From positions 28,028-92,027 of the forward strand of contig CAYXSM010000014.1 of assembly GCA_964466705.1 (NCBI GenBank): DNA of 64,000 nucleotides, given 5' to 3'. A program made the position numbers and the translations under genes. The notes beneath the pieces are model-generated. The model saw only the letters and a program-made list of their open reading frames with translations, made no database searches and had not been told where the DNA came from. Position 1 is the stretch's first letter. Each line of letters starts with the position of its first letter. This document shows positions 39,972 through 48,965 of this stretch, piece by piece. Origin of the DNA: an uncultured Rikenellaceae bacterium. GTDB taxonomy: Bacteria > Bacteroidota > Bacteroidia > Bacteroidales > VadinHA17.

Positions 39972-40180
39972 TTAACGCCACATTCGTGGCTTATATAACA
40001 GGTATAATTTTGTTTAGCTTATGGATAAGAAGATGTGTGAAAAGACAAGCTTCAAAAGAAAGAATGCTAAAAGCAGCTAACAATAATCCTCTCCACCAAA
40101 AATCAATGAAATAAAAAGAATATCTTAATTTTTGGGCGTATTTCGCACAAAACAGGAAACAAATGGATTTTATCCATCTT

Positions 40181-40972
40181 TTATTCAGCATTAAGCCCCT
40201 CAATTCTTAATTTCAGATAAAGCCAATCGAGCAGACGGGGAAATATATTATTCAGGGGTCCAAGTATAAAGTTTGATGCTGGTACTATAACAACTGCTTT
40301 ATTTCTCTTGATTCCCTTTACAATAGCTTTCGCTACTCTGAAAGGAGAAATCTTCGGAGATATCCAAGGTACTTTTATGTTTTCAATCATTGGTGTATCA
40401 ACTCGTGCAGGGAAAATTGAGGTTATTCCTATTCCATATCTTGTAAGCTCCTGGCGAAGAACATCTCCGTAACCATCTAAAGCTGACTTGGCAGCTACAT
40501 ATGGAGAATCACCAATGATCCCTTTCCTGGCATCAAGGCTGTTAACTATTACAATATGGCCTTTACCCCTGCGCTTCATTTCAGGAAGAACACTTTTTAT
40601 GGAATTTAATACACCAAAAAAATTTATGTCAAAAGATTCCCGGAAGGATTCAATATTTATTTCATGACTTCTATCTTTAATATATGCACCTGCGCTGGCA
40701 ATTAGTATATCTATATTGCCCCACTTCAAAATTGATTCCATCACCATTTTTTGAGTATCTTCAAATGAAGTGACATCTGTTTTGATAACTAATGCCTGTC
40801 CACCGGTTGACTCAATTTCCTGTTTCAGGGACTCTAATTTTTCTTCGTTTCTTGATGCTAAAATTACTTTTGCATTTAAGTGGGCAAAGATCAGTGCAGT
40901 GGCTCTTCCAATACCGCTGGATGCTCCTGTAATTAAGATCACTTTGTTCTGAAAAAAATGTTGAGCTTTCAT
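40181..40972 (-). CDS. SDR-family oxidoreductase
   Basis: 263 aa. TGASSGIG cofactor motif and YVAAK (YxxxK). Confidence 0.9.
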   Translation of the reverse strand: MKAQHFFQNKVILITGASSGIGRATALIFAHLNAKVILASRNEEKLESLKQEIESTGGQALVIKTDVTSFEDTQKMVMESILKWGNIDILIASAGAYIKDRSHEINIESFRESFDINFFGVLNSIKSVLPEMKRRGKGHIVIVNSLDARKGIIGDSPYVAAKSALDGYGDVLRQELTRYGIGITSIFPARVDTPMIENIKVPWISPKISPFRVAKAIVKGIKRNKAVVIVPASNFILGPLNNIFPRLLDWLYLKLRIEGLNAE

Positions 40973-41051
40973 TTTTCTTTAACACAGAAACAGTTTATAG
41001 TGAAAAGTTAACAATAATTTAGCAATTGATCAATTTTACAAAAGTAGGCAA

Positions 41052-41170
41052 CTCTAACCTCCACTCACCGGTAAAAATTGATCAGTTAAAGCCGGACTTA
41101 ATATAATGAGCGATAGATAAATATTAAAAAGTAAATCTTTCGGGAATAATGTGGTCAGGGCAGCCGGCTT
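41052..41170 (+). repeat. Intergenic palindromic repeat, family A copy B
   Basis: ..CCACTCACCGGTAAAAATTGATCAGTTAAAGCCGGACTTAATATAATGAGCGATAGATAAATATTAAAAAG..CGGGAATAATGTGGTCAGGGCAGCCGGCTT. Confidence 0.75.
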
Positions 41171-41460
41171 ATTTGATTATAGGTGTAATTAATACATTAT
41201 CAAAGGCATATATGATTTTGCCAAAGACAATTCTTTACCATTTTGTGAAAAGGCAACCGAACTTAAAAGTCTGTACACGAAAGGTTTTAATGCCATGATT
41301 TACGAATAAGTGTCTCAGATTTATTTGATTTCGGCTTTTATAAGGTGTAACTTACATAAATACAGTTAGCACTTTGAAGCTTAAATAAATTATAAAAACT
41401 AATTTCTGGAAAATAACCTAAATTGCAAGTGAACATGCAAAACAATATTAATTGAGGTCA

Positions 41461-42267
41461 ATGAATACATTTAAGCATTCCATTATTCTGATAATAGCAG
41501 GCTGCACCCTGAACTGTTATTCGCAACAGGATGGTTTTTCGTGGCCTGGTGGTGCAAAAGCCGCTGTTTGCCTGACATATGACGACGGAATTGATTCACA
41601 GTTGAATATTGCAATCCCTGACCTTGAAAAAGAACATCTCAGAGGGACTTTCTATATTGAAGGTCGTAATCTGACCCCGGAGAGAATAGGAAGGTGGAAA
41701 GAGGTGGCCGGAAATGGTCATGAACTGGGGAATCACACAATATTTCATCCCTGCTCGGAGAAACTGAATTTCATAAGAAAAGAATTCGCAAGCGAGAATT
41801 ATACAGTAAACAGATTTCTGAAAGAATTGGCAGTCATGAACAACTTTCTTTATGCTGTTGACGGTAAAAAATCGAGATCATTTGCCTACACCTGTGGTGA
41901 AACAATCTACGGAGGAATATCAGTTATTGATACCCTGAGGGCATCCGGGCTGTTTCCGGGTATCAGGGGCGGATCACCGGAGGTTGTAAGGGATATGAGG
42001 ACATTGGATTTATTTAACATCCCAAGCTTTGTATCATTGGATGAAACTGCTGACAAGATGATACCTTATGTTGAAGAGGCCGGGAAAGTCGGGGGGATGG
42101 CTGTTTTCATGTTTCATGGTGTCGGTGGCGATTACCTGAGCATATCACGGGAGGCTCACTATAAGCTTCTCAGTTATTTGAACAAGAACAGGAAAGATTA
42201 CTGGACGGCGCCTTTCCTTGAAGTCGTGGAACACATTATTGCCGAACGAAAAAGGCTAGGATGGTAG
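41461..42267 (+). CDS. Polysaccharide deacetylase (CE4-like), secreted
   Basis: ATG at 41461 (MNTFKHSIILIIAGCTLNCYS). CLTYDDG and GNHTIFHP motifs. Confidence 0.8.
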   Translation: MNTFKHSIILIIAGCTLNCYSQQDGFSWPGGAKAAVCLTYDDGIDSQLNIAIPDLEKEHLRGTFYIEGRNLTPERIGRWKEVAGNGHELGNHTIFHPCSEKLNFIRKEFASENYTVNRFLKELAVMNNFLYAVDGKKSRSFAYTCGETIYGGISVIDTLRASGLFPGIRGGSPEVVRDMRTLDLFNIPSFVSLDETADKMIPYVEEAGKVGGMAVFMFHGVGGDYLSISREAHYKLLSYLNKNRKDYWTAPFLEVVEHIIAERKRLGW

Positions 42268-42294
42268 AATTTTGAGTATTACCTGAAGGAGAAT

Positions 42295-42394
42295 CCGGTC
42301 AGTGCGGGCAACGGAGACCGGAGCACATCTCTTGAGGGATAGATAAATATAAAAATGTTAATCTGGCCGGCGGAATATGGTCAGGGTAACAGGC
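42295..42394 (+). repeat. Intergenic repeat, family A right half (copy D)
   Basis: ..GGGATAGATAAATATAAAAATGTTAATCTGGCCGGCGGAATATGGTCAGGGTAACAGGCT. Starts 28 nt after the CE4 stop. It seeds track ORF 42355. Confidence 0.65.
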
Positions 42395-42682
42395 TCATGC
42401 ACTTTGCGGACGGTGGTTCCCGGAAACCAGATACCAGCCTTACTACAAGCTATACCTCGAAATGTATCCCGAAGGACGGAAGGAGGATCATTTTAAGGCA
42501 GAAATATGCGTTCCTGTTAATACCTTATGAAACTTAAAAGACCGGGCCATTTGGTCCGGGCTATTCGGGTTCAGGCATTTTATTTCAATACGCTATCCGC
42601 ACTAGGTTAAAGTTTTAAAATTTAAGTGAGTAAACAGAGCCGGATCGAATAAACTCTTATACTTTTATGAAAACGATTTATC

Positions 42683-43600
42683 ATGGCTATACCTACTTCA
42701 AGAACAAAGGAACCCGGCAGTGTAATTATCGACAGCCAAAACTGCGATGGCTGCGGACTGTGCGTTAAGGTTTGCGGCGACAATACCCTGATAATATCGG
42801 ATGGAAAGGCTGCCGTTAGCGACTCACCGCTGTTCGGGTGCATTGGGTGTGGTCACTGTATGGCAATATGCCCTAACGATGCGATAAGAGTCACCGGCAG
42901 GACACTTTCACCAGACGATCTTTTTACATTGCCTGATGCCGGCGAGTCTGCTGATTACAACCGGCTGCTGAATCTGCTTAAGAGGCGCAGGTCGGTGCGC
43001 GAATTTCAGGACAGGCCTGTAGAACCAGAGGTAATCGAAAAGATACTGGCAGCTGCGAAAACATCACCAATGGGCCTTCCTCCGTCAGATGTTAACGTGC
43101 TCATTTTCGACACTGTGGGGAAATCACGTGAGTTTGTAACCGACTTTTGCAATCTGCTTGAGAGGATGAAATGGTTCGTCTCACCCTGGTTCCTGACCAT
43201 TATGCGTCCCTTCTGGGGTAAAACCAATGATGAGCTTTTCAGGGATTTCATACGTCCTTTGTTCAGCATTTATCCCGACAACCTGAAAAAGGGTGAAAAC
43301 GTTGTAACATACGATGCACCCCTGATAATGTATTTCTATGGTTCACCCTACGCCGACCCTGCAGACCCGTTAATAGCTGCCACAACCGCAATGTACGCCG
43401 GGGAGTCGCTCGGGCTTGGTACCTGTATGCTTGGTGCCGTACACCCCTTTCTGCAGAATGCCGGCGCTCGCAGACTGAGGGAAAAATATGGTATTAAGTA
43501 CAAAAGCCGCGAAGGACTGCTGGTGATCTTCGGTTATCCGGACATAAGATACAGTAAAGGAATAAACCGTACTTTCGCCTCAGTAACAACATATAATTAG
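42683..43600 (+). CDS. 2x[4Fe-4S] ferredoxin domain fused to a nitroreductase-family domain
   Basis: 305 aa. CDGCGLCVKVCG and CIGCGHCMAICP, then RRSVREF..PPSDVNV of the nitroreductase fold. Confidence 0.8.
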   Translation: MAIPTSRTKEPGSVIIDSQNCDGCGLCVKVCGDNTLIISDGKAAVSDSPLFGCIGCGHCMAICPNDAIRVTGRTLSPDDLFTLPDAGESADYNRLLNLLKRRRSVREFQDRPVEPEVIEKILAAAKTSPMGLPPSDVNVLIFDTVGKSREFVTDFCNLLERMKWFVSPWFLTIMRPFWGKTNDELFRDFIRPLFSIYPDNLKKGENVVTYDAPLIMYFYGSPYADPADPLIAATTAMYAGESLGLGTCMLGAVHPFLQNAGARRLREKYGIKYKSREGLLVIFGYPDIRYSKGINRTFASVTTYN

Positions 43601-43608
43601 CCGTAAAA

Positions 43609-43727
43609 GTGCAAAAGCTGAACATGCGGACCACTTTCGGCCGGTCTGTTGTTCAAAGAAATAATTTCGATAATAACAGCTATTTACAGCTGGCAGAAAA
43701 TGGTCAGCCAAGTCGGGCGTTAAGTAG
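43609..43727 (+). repeat. Intergenic repeat, family B copy J
   Basis: GTGCAAAAGCTGAACATGCGGACCACTTTCGGCCGGTC..AATAATTTCGATAATAACAGCTATTTACAGCTGGCAGAAAATGGTCAGCCAAGTCGGGCGTTAAGTAG. Starts 9 nt after the stop. Confidence 0.7.
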
Positions 43728-43899
43728 TCTTTGCCTCTGGCTCAAAAGATCCGGAATGTTTTTGTCTTCCTGATTTCATAATTCACTGGTTTAGAGTTAT
43801 TAAATTTAAACCTGATCAGTGGTCTTAATTAAGGGTAGTATTACATGATATTGTTGAAATACTGGCACTAAAAAGGCACCGGTTTATTTAACAGGTTTG

Positions 43900-44970
43900 A
43901 TGAAATGGATTTTTAAAAGTGAAATTAATCTTGTAGGTTTATGCAAAAGATATTCATTTTTATTTGTAATTCGACCTATGGAAATACAGAACGAAGAAAA
44001 GTTCATTAAAGGAGTTGAAAGCCTGATCGATCCTATGGAAGTAAGTGATATCCTGTTCTTCCAGAAATTAAAGAGACTGTTGCCTCCAAAAATGATGAAG
44101 CGATTTCTGTACAGAGCGTCAAAGAATACTCCCTATATAGGTTTTGCCATTGATCCGTACAGTCTTTTTTTGTTCTTCAGGCTCAGCAATACCGAATATG
44201 CAAAATCGCTTCTGCATGACCGTTATGAACTTGCAAAAACCAGATTGTTTGACGATGATGAACCTGACTACTACATGGGAATCGGCAACCTTAACACCCG
44301 TGCAAGTACATTCTGGGGCACAAGGGTGGAGGTTTACCTTATTGCAACAGATAAAAAAACCGGATTAATGTCTTTCATTTTCATTGATATTTTAAGCAAT
44401 ACGATTATTGCCCTGCCAACCAAAGGTATTGCTGATCCCAACTGCAAAAGAGCAATTTTTACGACTAATTCAAAAGGAGAAATCTTACTCGACATTCAGG
44501 AGAATAACACAAACAGGAAACTTTTATTGACAGGCAGCCTGAAAAGGGGGAAATTCCGTAGGCTGGATCAACCACTCTGGCTCATGGGAAATACTTCAGT
44601 AGGTCATTGTAAAAGATTTACAGAGGGGGAAGATAATCCTTTTGCAGTGATATTTGATCCGGCCGAAGTTCATGAAGCACTTGATATTCCTCCGGAGGAT
44701 ATCCGGATAGCCGAAAATACTCTTTTCCCGGGCCTGGCATATCCTCAGATAAGTAAAGTAATTTGTTTTCCTTATGCCCAGCATTATATTGCCGACAGCC
44801 CGGGTATTTATACCGACGTAAAGGACCGTAATGATTTGATCAGCAAGTATAATAAGCTTGCCGGACTTGAAAAATTCACAACCTTTTCTGCCAGGACAAT
44901 AGTAAGACAGGTCACTGCCGGAATATTTATATCCTTACTTATTGCAATTATCCTTCTTCTGATATTTTAG
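43900..44970 (+). CDS. Hypothetical protein with C-terminal TM anchor
   Basis: About 356 aa, no recognised motif. C-terminal AGIFISLLIAIILLLIF. Start uncertain (TTG 43897, ATG 43900, or M28). Confidence 0.55.
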   Translation: MKWIFKSEINLVGLCKRYSFLFVIRPMEIQNEEKFIKGVESLIDPMEVSDILFFQKLKRLLPPKMMKRFLYRASKNTPYIGFAIDPYSLFLFFRLSNTEYAKSLLHDRYELAKTRLFDDDEPDYYMGIGNLNTRASTFWGTRVEVYLIATDKKTGLMSFIFIDILSNTIIALPTKGIADPNCKRAIFTTNSKGEILLDIQENNTNRKLLLTGSLKRGKFRRLDQPLWLMGNTSVGHCKRFTEGEDNPFAVIFDPAEVHEALDIPPEDIRIAENTLFPGLAYPQISKVICFPYAQHYIADSPGIYTDVKDRNDLISKYNKLAGLEKFTTFSARTIVRQVTAGIFISLLIAIILLLIF

Positions 44971-44976
44971 GTCTTC

Positions 44977-46572
44977 TTATGTGCTTAAAATTTTCCGTGC
45001 AGCCAGTTTACCGGTAAGAATTGACATGGGAACTCCGGCCGGACTGTAAGTCCATTGTCCTGCCTGGAATATTGAAGGTATGGGAGTTACAACTGACCTG
45101 TTTGCAGCCATGATCTTATTGATTACCGGGACGGGCTCCCGGAAGGACCACCCTGTGATCGCTCCTTCGGAAGAACCGACCCTCTTTGCATAGCTCAGTG
45201 GAGAGAATGAGAATTTTTCCGTTACTTTATCATTCAGCATGGGGAAAACTGTAGAGGAAAGTATTTTAATGATCCGCGCCTCAGTTTCCTTAACAAACTC
45301 TTCATGCCAGCCAGCCTGATCGATTCTGCTGAACAGATCAAAATCTGCGAGTATACTGATTATAAGTCCGGTTTTGCCTGCAGGCGCCATGCCGGGATCC
45401 TTGAGAGCCGGGATTGAGATCTCGTATGTATTCAGAGCAAGAAATTTATTCAGCCAGGACAGTATTTCAGTCCTGTCCGGCTCGCCCGGCTTACACAGTA
45501 TCCGGTCAAGGTCTCCCCAGCGGATTTCTCCCAATCCTTTTCTTGAAGGAGTGTAAAAGAAGTGCCCGTTCGCAATGCGTTTAAAGCTTTCAACCGGTTC
45601 ATCGACTTCTGCAAAAATCGTAAAGACGGAATCCCCTCCTCTTTTTCCCAGCAATCGATTTCCGGCAAGTTCGAATTTTGCCCTGACCTTAGCAGTAAGG
45701 CCTTCTGTGCTGGTAATTCTGTAAAGGGTTTTAAGATCGGCAGCCCAGACAAGATTCTCGTAAGTATAGTAAATGTTCTTTTGGTCGGTTATTCTTTTTT
45801 CAGAACCATGAACATTTTGTACCGTTGTTTCCCGAAGCACCTCACCTCCCAATTCAAGAAGTTTATTTTCAATCGCTTCCGAAAGCCTGCCGACACCACC
45901 TGCAGGATAGAAATAATCGAGGTAGAGACTAAAGTAGCTAAGGGCAAAAAAGGCAGGCGTATTTCTGAAAAAATGCTGGGAGATAATATCCCGGAGAGAA
46001 GGATTTCTTACAATTTTTTCCAGGTAAGGCTCAACCGGAATATTCATACGTTTAATCATCCTTAGTGTAAGCAGGAACTTCGGCAGCCATGGAAGCAGCT
46101 CCCTTAAAAGATAGATCATATCCCGGGTCATATCTTTGAAATTGGGATTTTCCACTCCGTAAAGCACATCCATATGCTTCATTACCTTCCGGATTATTCC
46201 AATTATCTGATCAGTTTCGGCTTCGCTTTCAGGATACAATCTCTTAAGAAGGTTACCGTATTCGGTCAGGCTTTCAATGTCTTTGATATGCAGTATTTCA
46301 TTCTCCACACCAACAGAAACAGGACTTTTTACGATATCGAGCTTAATTCCCATTTCATTCAGCATGGGGAAAATGATCCCGGCATTTTCAAGGGCTCTGA
46401 TCCCGGCATCAAACCTGAATCCATTGTGGGAAAATGTATTGACAAGCCCACCGCATTCCCTGTTCTTTTCAATTAATAAAACCCGAGTGCCTTCTTTGGC
46501 AAGATAGGCAGCACAGGTAAGTCCTGCTATACCTCCTCCGACAACTATTGAATTATATTTCTTTTGAGCCAT
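44977..46572 (-). CDS. CrtI/phytoene-desaturase-family NAD(P)/FAD oxidoreductase
   Basis: 531 aa. N-terminal Rossmann motif SIVVGGGIAGLTCAAYLAKEG..VLLIEKN. Confidence 0.8.
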   Translation of the reverse strand: MAQKKYNSIVVGGGIAGLTCAAYLAKEGTRVLLIEKNRECGGLVNTFSHNGFRFDAGIRALENAGIIFPMLNEMGIKLDIVKSPVSVGVENEILHIKDIESLTEYGNLLKRLYPESEAETDQIIGIIRKVMKHMDVLYGVENPNFKDMTRDMIYLLRELLPWLPKFLLTLRMIKRMNIPVEPYLEKIVRNPSLRDIISQHFFRNTPAFFALSYFSLYLDYFYPAGGVGRLSEAIENKLLELGGEVLRETTVQNVHGSEKRITDQKNIYYTYENLVWAADLKTLYRITSTEGLTAKVRAKFELAGNRLLGKRGGDSVFTIFAEVDEPVESFKRIANGHFFYTPSRKGLGEIRWGDLDRILCKPGEPDRTEILSWLNKFLALNTYEISIPALKDPGMAPAGKTGLIISILADFDLFSRIDQAGWHEEFVKETEARIIKILSSTVFPMLNDKVTEKFSFSPLSYAKRVGSSEGAITGWSFREPVPVINKIMAANRSVVTPIPSIFQAGQWTYSPAGVPMSILTGKLAARKILST

Positions 46573-46578
46573 GGAGTT

Positions 46579-47550
46579 TCAGGCATATTGGGTTATATCC
46601 CGGATGCCGGTCATTTCGAGGCTTTTTGTCCAGAGTTCGTATGCCGCCTCTTTGTCAAGGGCAGGTGGAGCAGGCTCTTCCTCGGTGGTCAGATTAAAGA
46701 ACTTTCCGCTCACACCTTCCATTTCATCCGAGACGCTGAGAAAATATATCGCTTCTGCTGCTATATCAGTAGGCCTCAGTATCTTATCATAAATATGTTT
46801 TTTTATCCAGCGGTAAACAGGACCATTTTCACGGCCGGTCTCTGATCTGACAGCGCCCGGGTGCATTGCATTTATTGTTACTCCGTGGGGCAGGAAGTGA
46901 TCTGCAAATATGAGCATCGACAGCAGCTGGGCAAGCTTGGCCGATCCATAGCTTTTCAGTCCGGAATACCGCCGTTTTTCCCAGTTGAGGTCATCGATAC
47001 GCAAGCCCCAGGCAGCAAAACGATGGCCTTCCGAACTAACCAGTATGATTCTGGCCTTTCCCTGGGATTTTAACTTCTCGCTCAGCAGGGTGTTTATCAC
47101 GAATGAAGAAAGGTGGTGTACGACAAAGACCTTATCAAATCCTTCAGGAGTCAGTTCTCTTCGGGTTAGATAGATACCTGCATTATGTATCAGCACGTCA
47201 ATTGGTTTTTCAAGACCCGAAAGTTCCCCTGCAACCCGTTCAATATCCTTCAAATTACTGAGATCGGCTATTTTGAAATCACATCTCACGCCAAATTCAG
47301 TTTCAATCTCATTTTTTAAAGCCTCCGATTTCTCCCGATTACGGTTAATGCAGAGCAGGTCTGCACCATGAGAAGCAAATTTCCTTGCAGTCAGATAACC
47401 AATGCCCGATGTGGCTCCGGTTATAACAACGTTCCGGTTCCTGAAATCCATGGTACATATCTTTGGATCCCGCCGGTTGTTTTTAATCATGGCAGCGATA
47501 TTCGACCACTGATACTCTTTAAAATATTTTGCAAACTTCTTATTCTTCAT
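46579..47550 (-). CDS. SDR-family oxidoreductase (retinol-dehydrogenase-like)
   Basis: 323 aa. VVITGATSGIG, NNAG-like HNAGI, YGSAK. A 6-nt gap separates it from the downstream gene. Confidence 0.85.
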   Translation of the reverse strand: MKNKKFAKYFKEYQWSNIAAMIKNNRRDPKICTMDFRNRNVVITGATSGIGYLTARKFASHGADLLCINRNREKSEALKNEIETEFGVRCDFKIADLSNLKDIERVAGELSGLEKPIDVLIHNAGIYLTRRELTPEGFDKVFVVHHLSSFVINTLLSEKLKSQGKARIILVSSEGHRFAAWGLRIDDLNWEKRRYSGLKSYGSAKLAQLLSMLIFADHFLPHGVTINAMHPGAVRSETGRENGPVYRWIKKHIYDKILRPTDIAAEAIYFLSVSDEMEGVSGKFFNLTTEEEPAPPALDKEAAYELWTKSLEMTGIRDITQYA

Positions 47551-47614
47551 ATTTGCAACATGGACATTATTAAGAAAGAATCATGTGCAATTCACCATAA
47601 TCCTTGAAAGAATT

Positions 47615-48307
47615 TTAAAAATACAAACCCAGTGCAAAAATATAGTCCTGGTTACGCAGAGGTACAGGATCTGCGCCTGAAGCGTTTGGCATTGCAAGAG
47701 TATTCCATCCGACTGTCATACGGTATTCAAAGAAAAAGTCCTTCTGAAGAAGTATAAAATCTGCACCTGCTCCATAAACGAACGAATAGTCAAAAGTATC
47801 CAATCCTGCCATATCGCCAGATTCTTTGGTTACTATCAAGGGAGGGGCGCCTGTATTAATTGTATTGGTAATATTGTATTCCCCGTCGATCAGAAGAGAC
47901 AGAGCAATGCCTGTGCTGCCATAAATCCCAACATTCTTGATATTGACGAATTTGTATTTTACTACTATCGGCATTTCGAAATAGTTCAGTTTATATTCAG
48001 ATACAGTATTTATGTTAAAAGGGGTCGTAATGGTTACATCCTGTCCTGATCCCTTCATAGCGTATAAAAGTTCCTGTTGAATGCCTACTGATTCAGTTAT
48101 GGGAAAGTATACGAAAATTCCCCCTGCAAAAGCTTTCCTGCTGCTGGTTTCTACTTCGTAGATATCATCTGCAGGTGAAATACCATATTGAGTTGCAAGG
48201 CTGAAGCCCGTTTTCAGACCAAAACGAGCACCTGTCTGGGCTGACAATGATCCACAAGACAGGACTACAAGTAAAACTACAGAACATGTAATCTTTTTCA
48301 TTTTCAT
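47615..48307 (-). CDS. Outer-membrane beta-barrel (porin-family) protein
   Basis: Start at M13 (MKMKKITCSVVLLVVLSCGSLSAQ). Alternating beta-strand pattern and a terminal aromatic (ALGLYF). Confidence 0.7.
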   Translation of the reverse strand: MKMKKITCSVVLLVVLSCGSLSAQTGARFGLKTGFSLATQYGISPADDIYEVETSSRKAFAGGIFVYFPITESVGIQQELLYAMKGSGQDVTITTPFNINTVSEYKLNYFEMPIVVKYKFVNIKNVGIYGSTGIALSLLIDGEYNITNTINTGAPPLIVTKESGDMAGLDTFDYSFVYGAGADFILLQKDFFFEYRMTVGWNTLAMPNASGADPVPLRNQDYIFALGLYF

Positions 48308-48355
48308 CTTATTAACTAGTGTAACAATTGACCTGATTTTCATGCCAGTGAAAAT

Positions 48356-48829
48356 TTATCCGAACTTTTTTATCATAAACCGTCGGTAGGCTTTTCCGAA
48401 TCGTGGTATATTGTCAAAAATGTCGCCCCACAGATCGTAGTAATCTCTTTGTTCAATTATTTTACCCTGCTCATTTAATGTCAGCCGGCTTGATCCGTAT
48501 AAGACTGAGCTTGGGTTCTTCTTAAACTTAATGGTCATCTCCCATTCAATAAAAACAATATTGTTATGCATGACCGCATTTACAATATTCATTTTCAGAT
48601 CCTTTGACCGGTTAGTCAAACGTTCGGTCATTGCGGTGAAATCTTTTATCCCGTGTATTGCCTGAATAGAATCCCTGAAGTATATATTATCATCGTAAAA
48701 GGGGAGTATGTGTGACCAGTCGGGCTTACCCTGGGTGTTATAAGTTTTCGACCATAATTCTTTAATGGTTTCAGCATTTAAACCTGCAGGTATGGAATTC
48801 TTTTCCTGTTCTGTTGGATTCTCAGACAT
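48356..48829 (-). CDS. NTF2-like (SnoaL-type) protein
   Basis: 157 aa. YDDNIYFRDSIQAIHG..FIEWEMT is typical of the SnoaL-like fold. Confidence 0.65.
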   Translation of the reverse strand: MSENPTEQEKNSIPAGLNAETIKELWSKTYNTQGKPDWSHILPFYDDNIYFRDSIQAIHGIKDFTAMTERLTNRSKDLKMNIVNAVMHNNIVFIEWEMTIKFKKNPSSVLYGSSRLTLNEQGKIIEQRDYYDLWGDIFDNIPRFGKAYRRFMIKKFG

Positions 48830-48965
48830 ATTTTAACATGTTATCGGGTTTAAATTTTATTCCTGCTTTGGGACGCCATTCATTATTTGTCATACGAAAT
48901 ATATCATAAAATATCATACGAAAATTTTCGCAACTTGACATTTCAGGATTCTCAGAATCTCCATC

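Larger units (their letters stand above)
39269..39990 (-). mobile_element. REPtron-like unit: IS200/RAYT Y1 transposase gene bracketed by inverted REP hairpins
   Basis: The left and right flanks are reverse complements of each other over about 50 nt, each with two hairpins. See the REP features and the CDS. Confidence 0.7.

Noticed and set aside
44977-46572. Carotenoid biosynthesis cluster
   Set aside because: There are CrtI-family genes but no phytoene synthase, cyclase or prenyl-transferase. The family also includes many non-carotenoid oxidoreductases.
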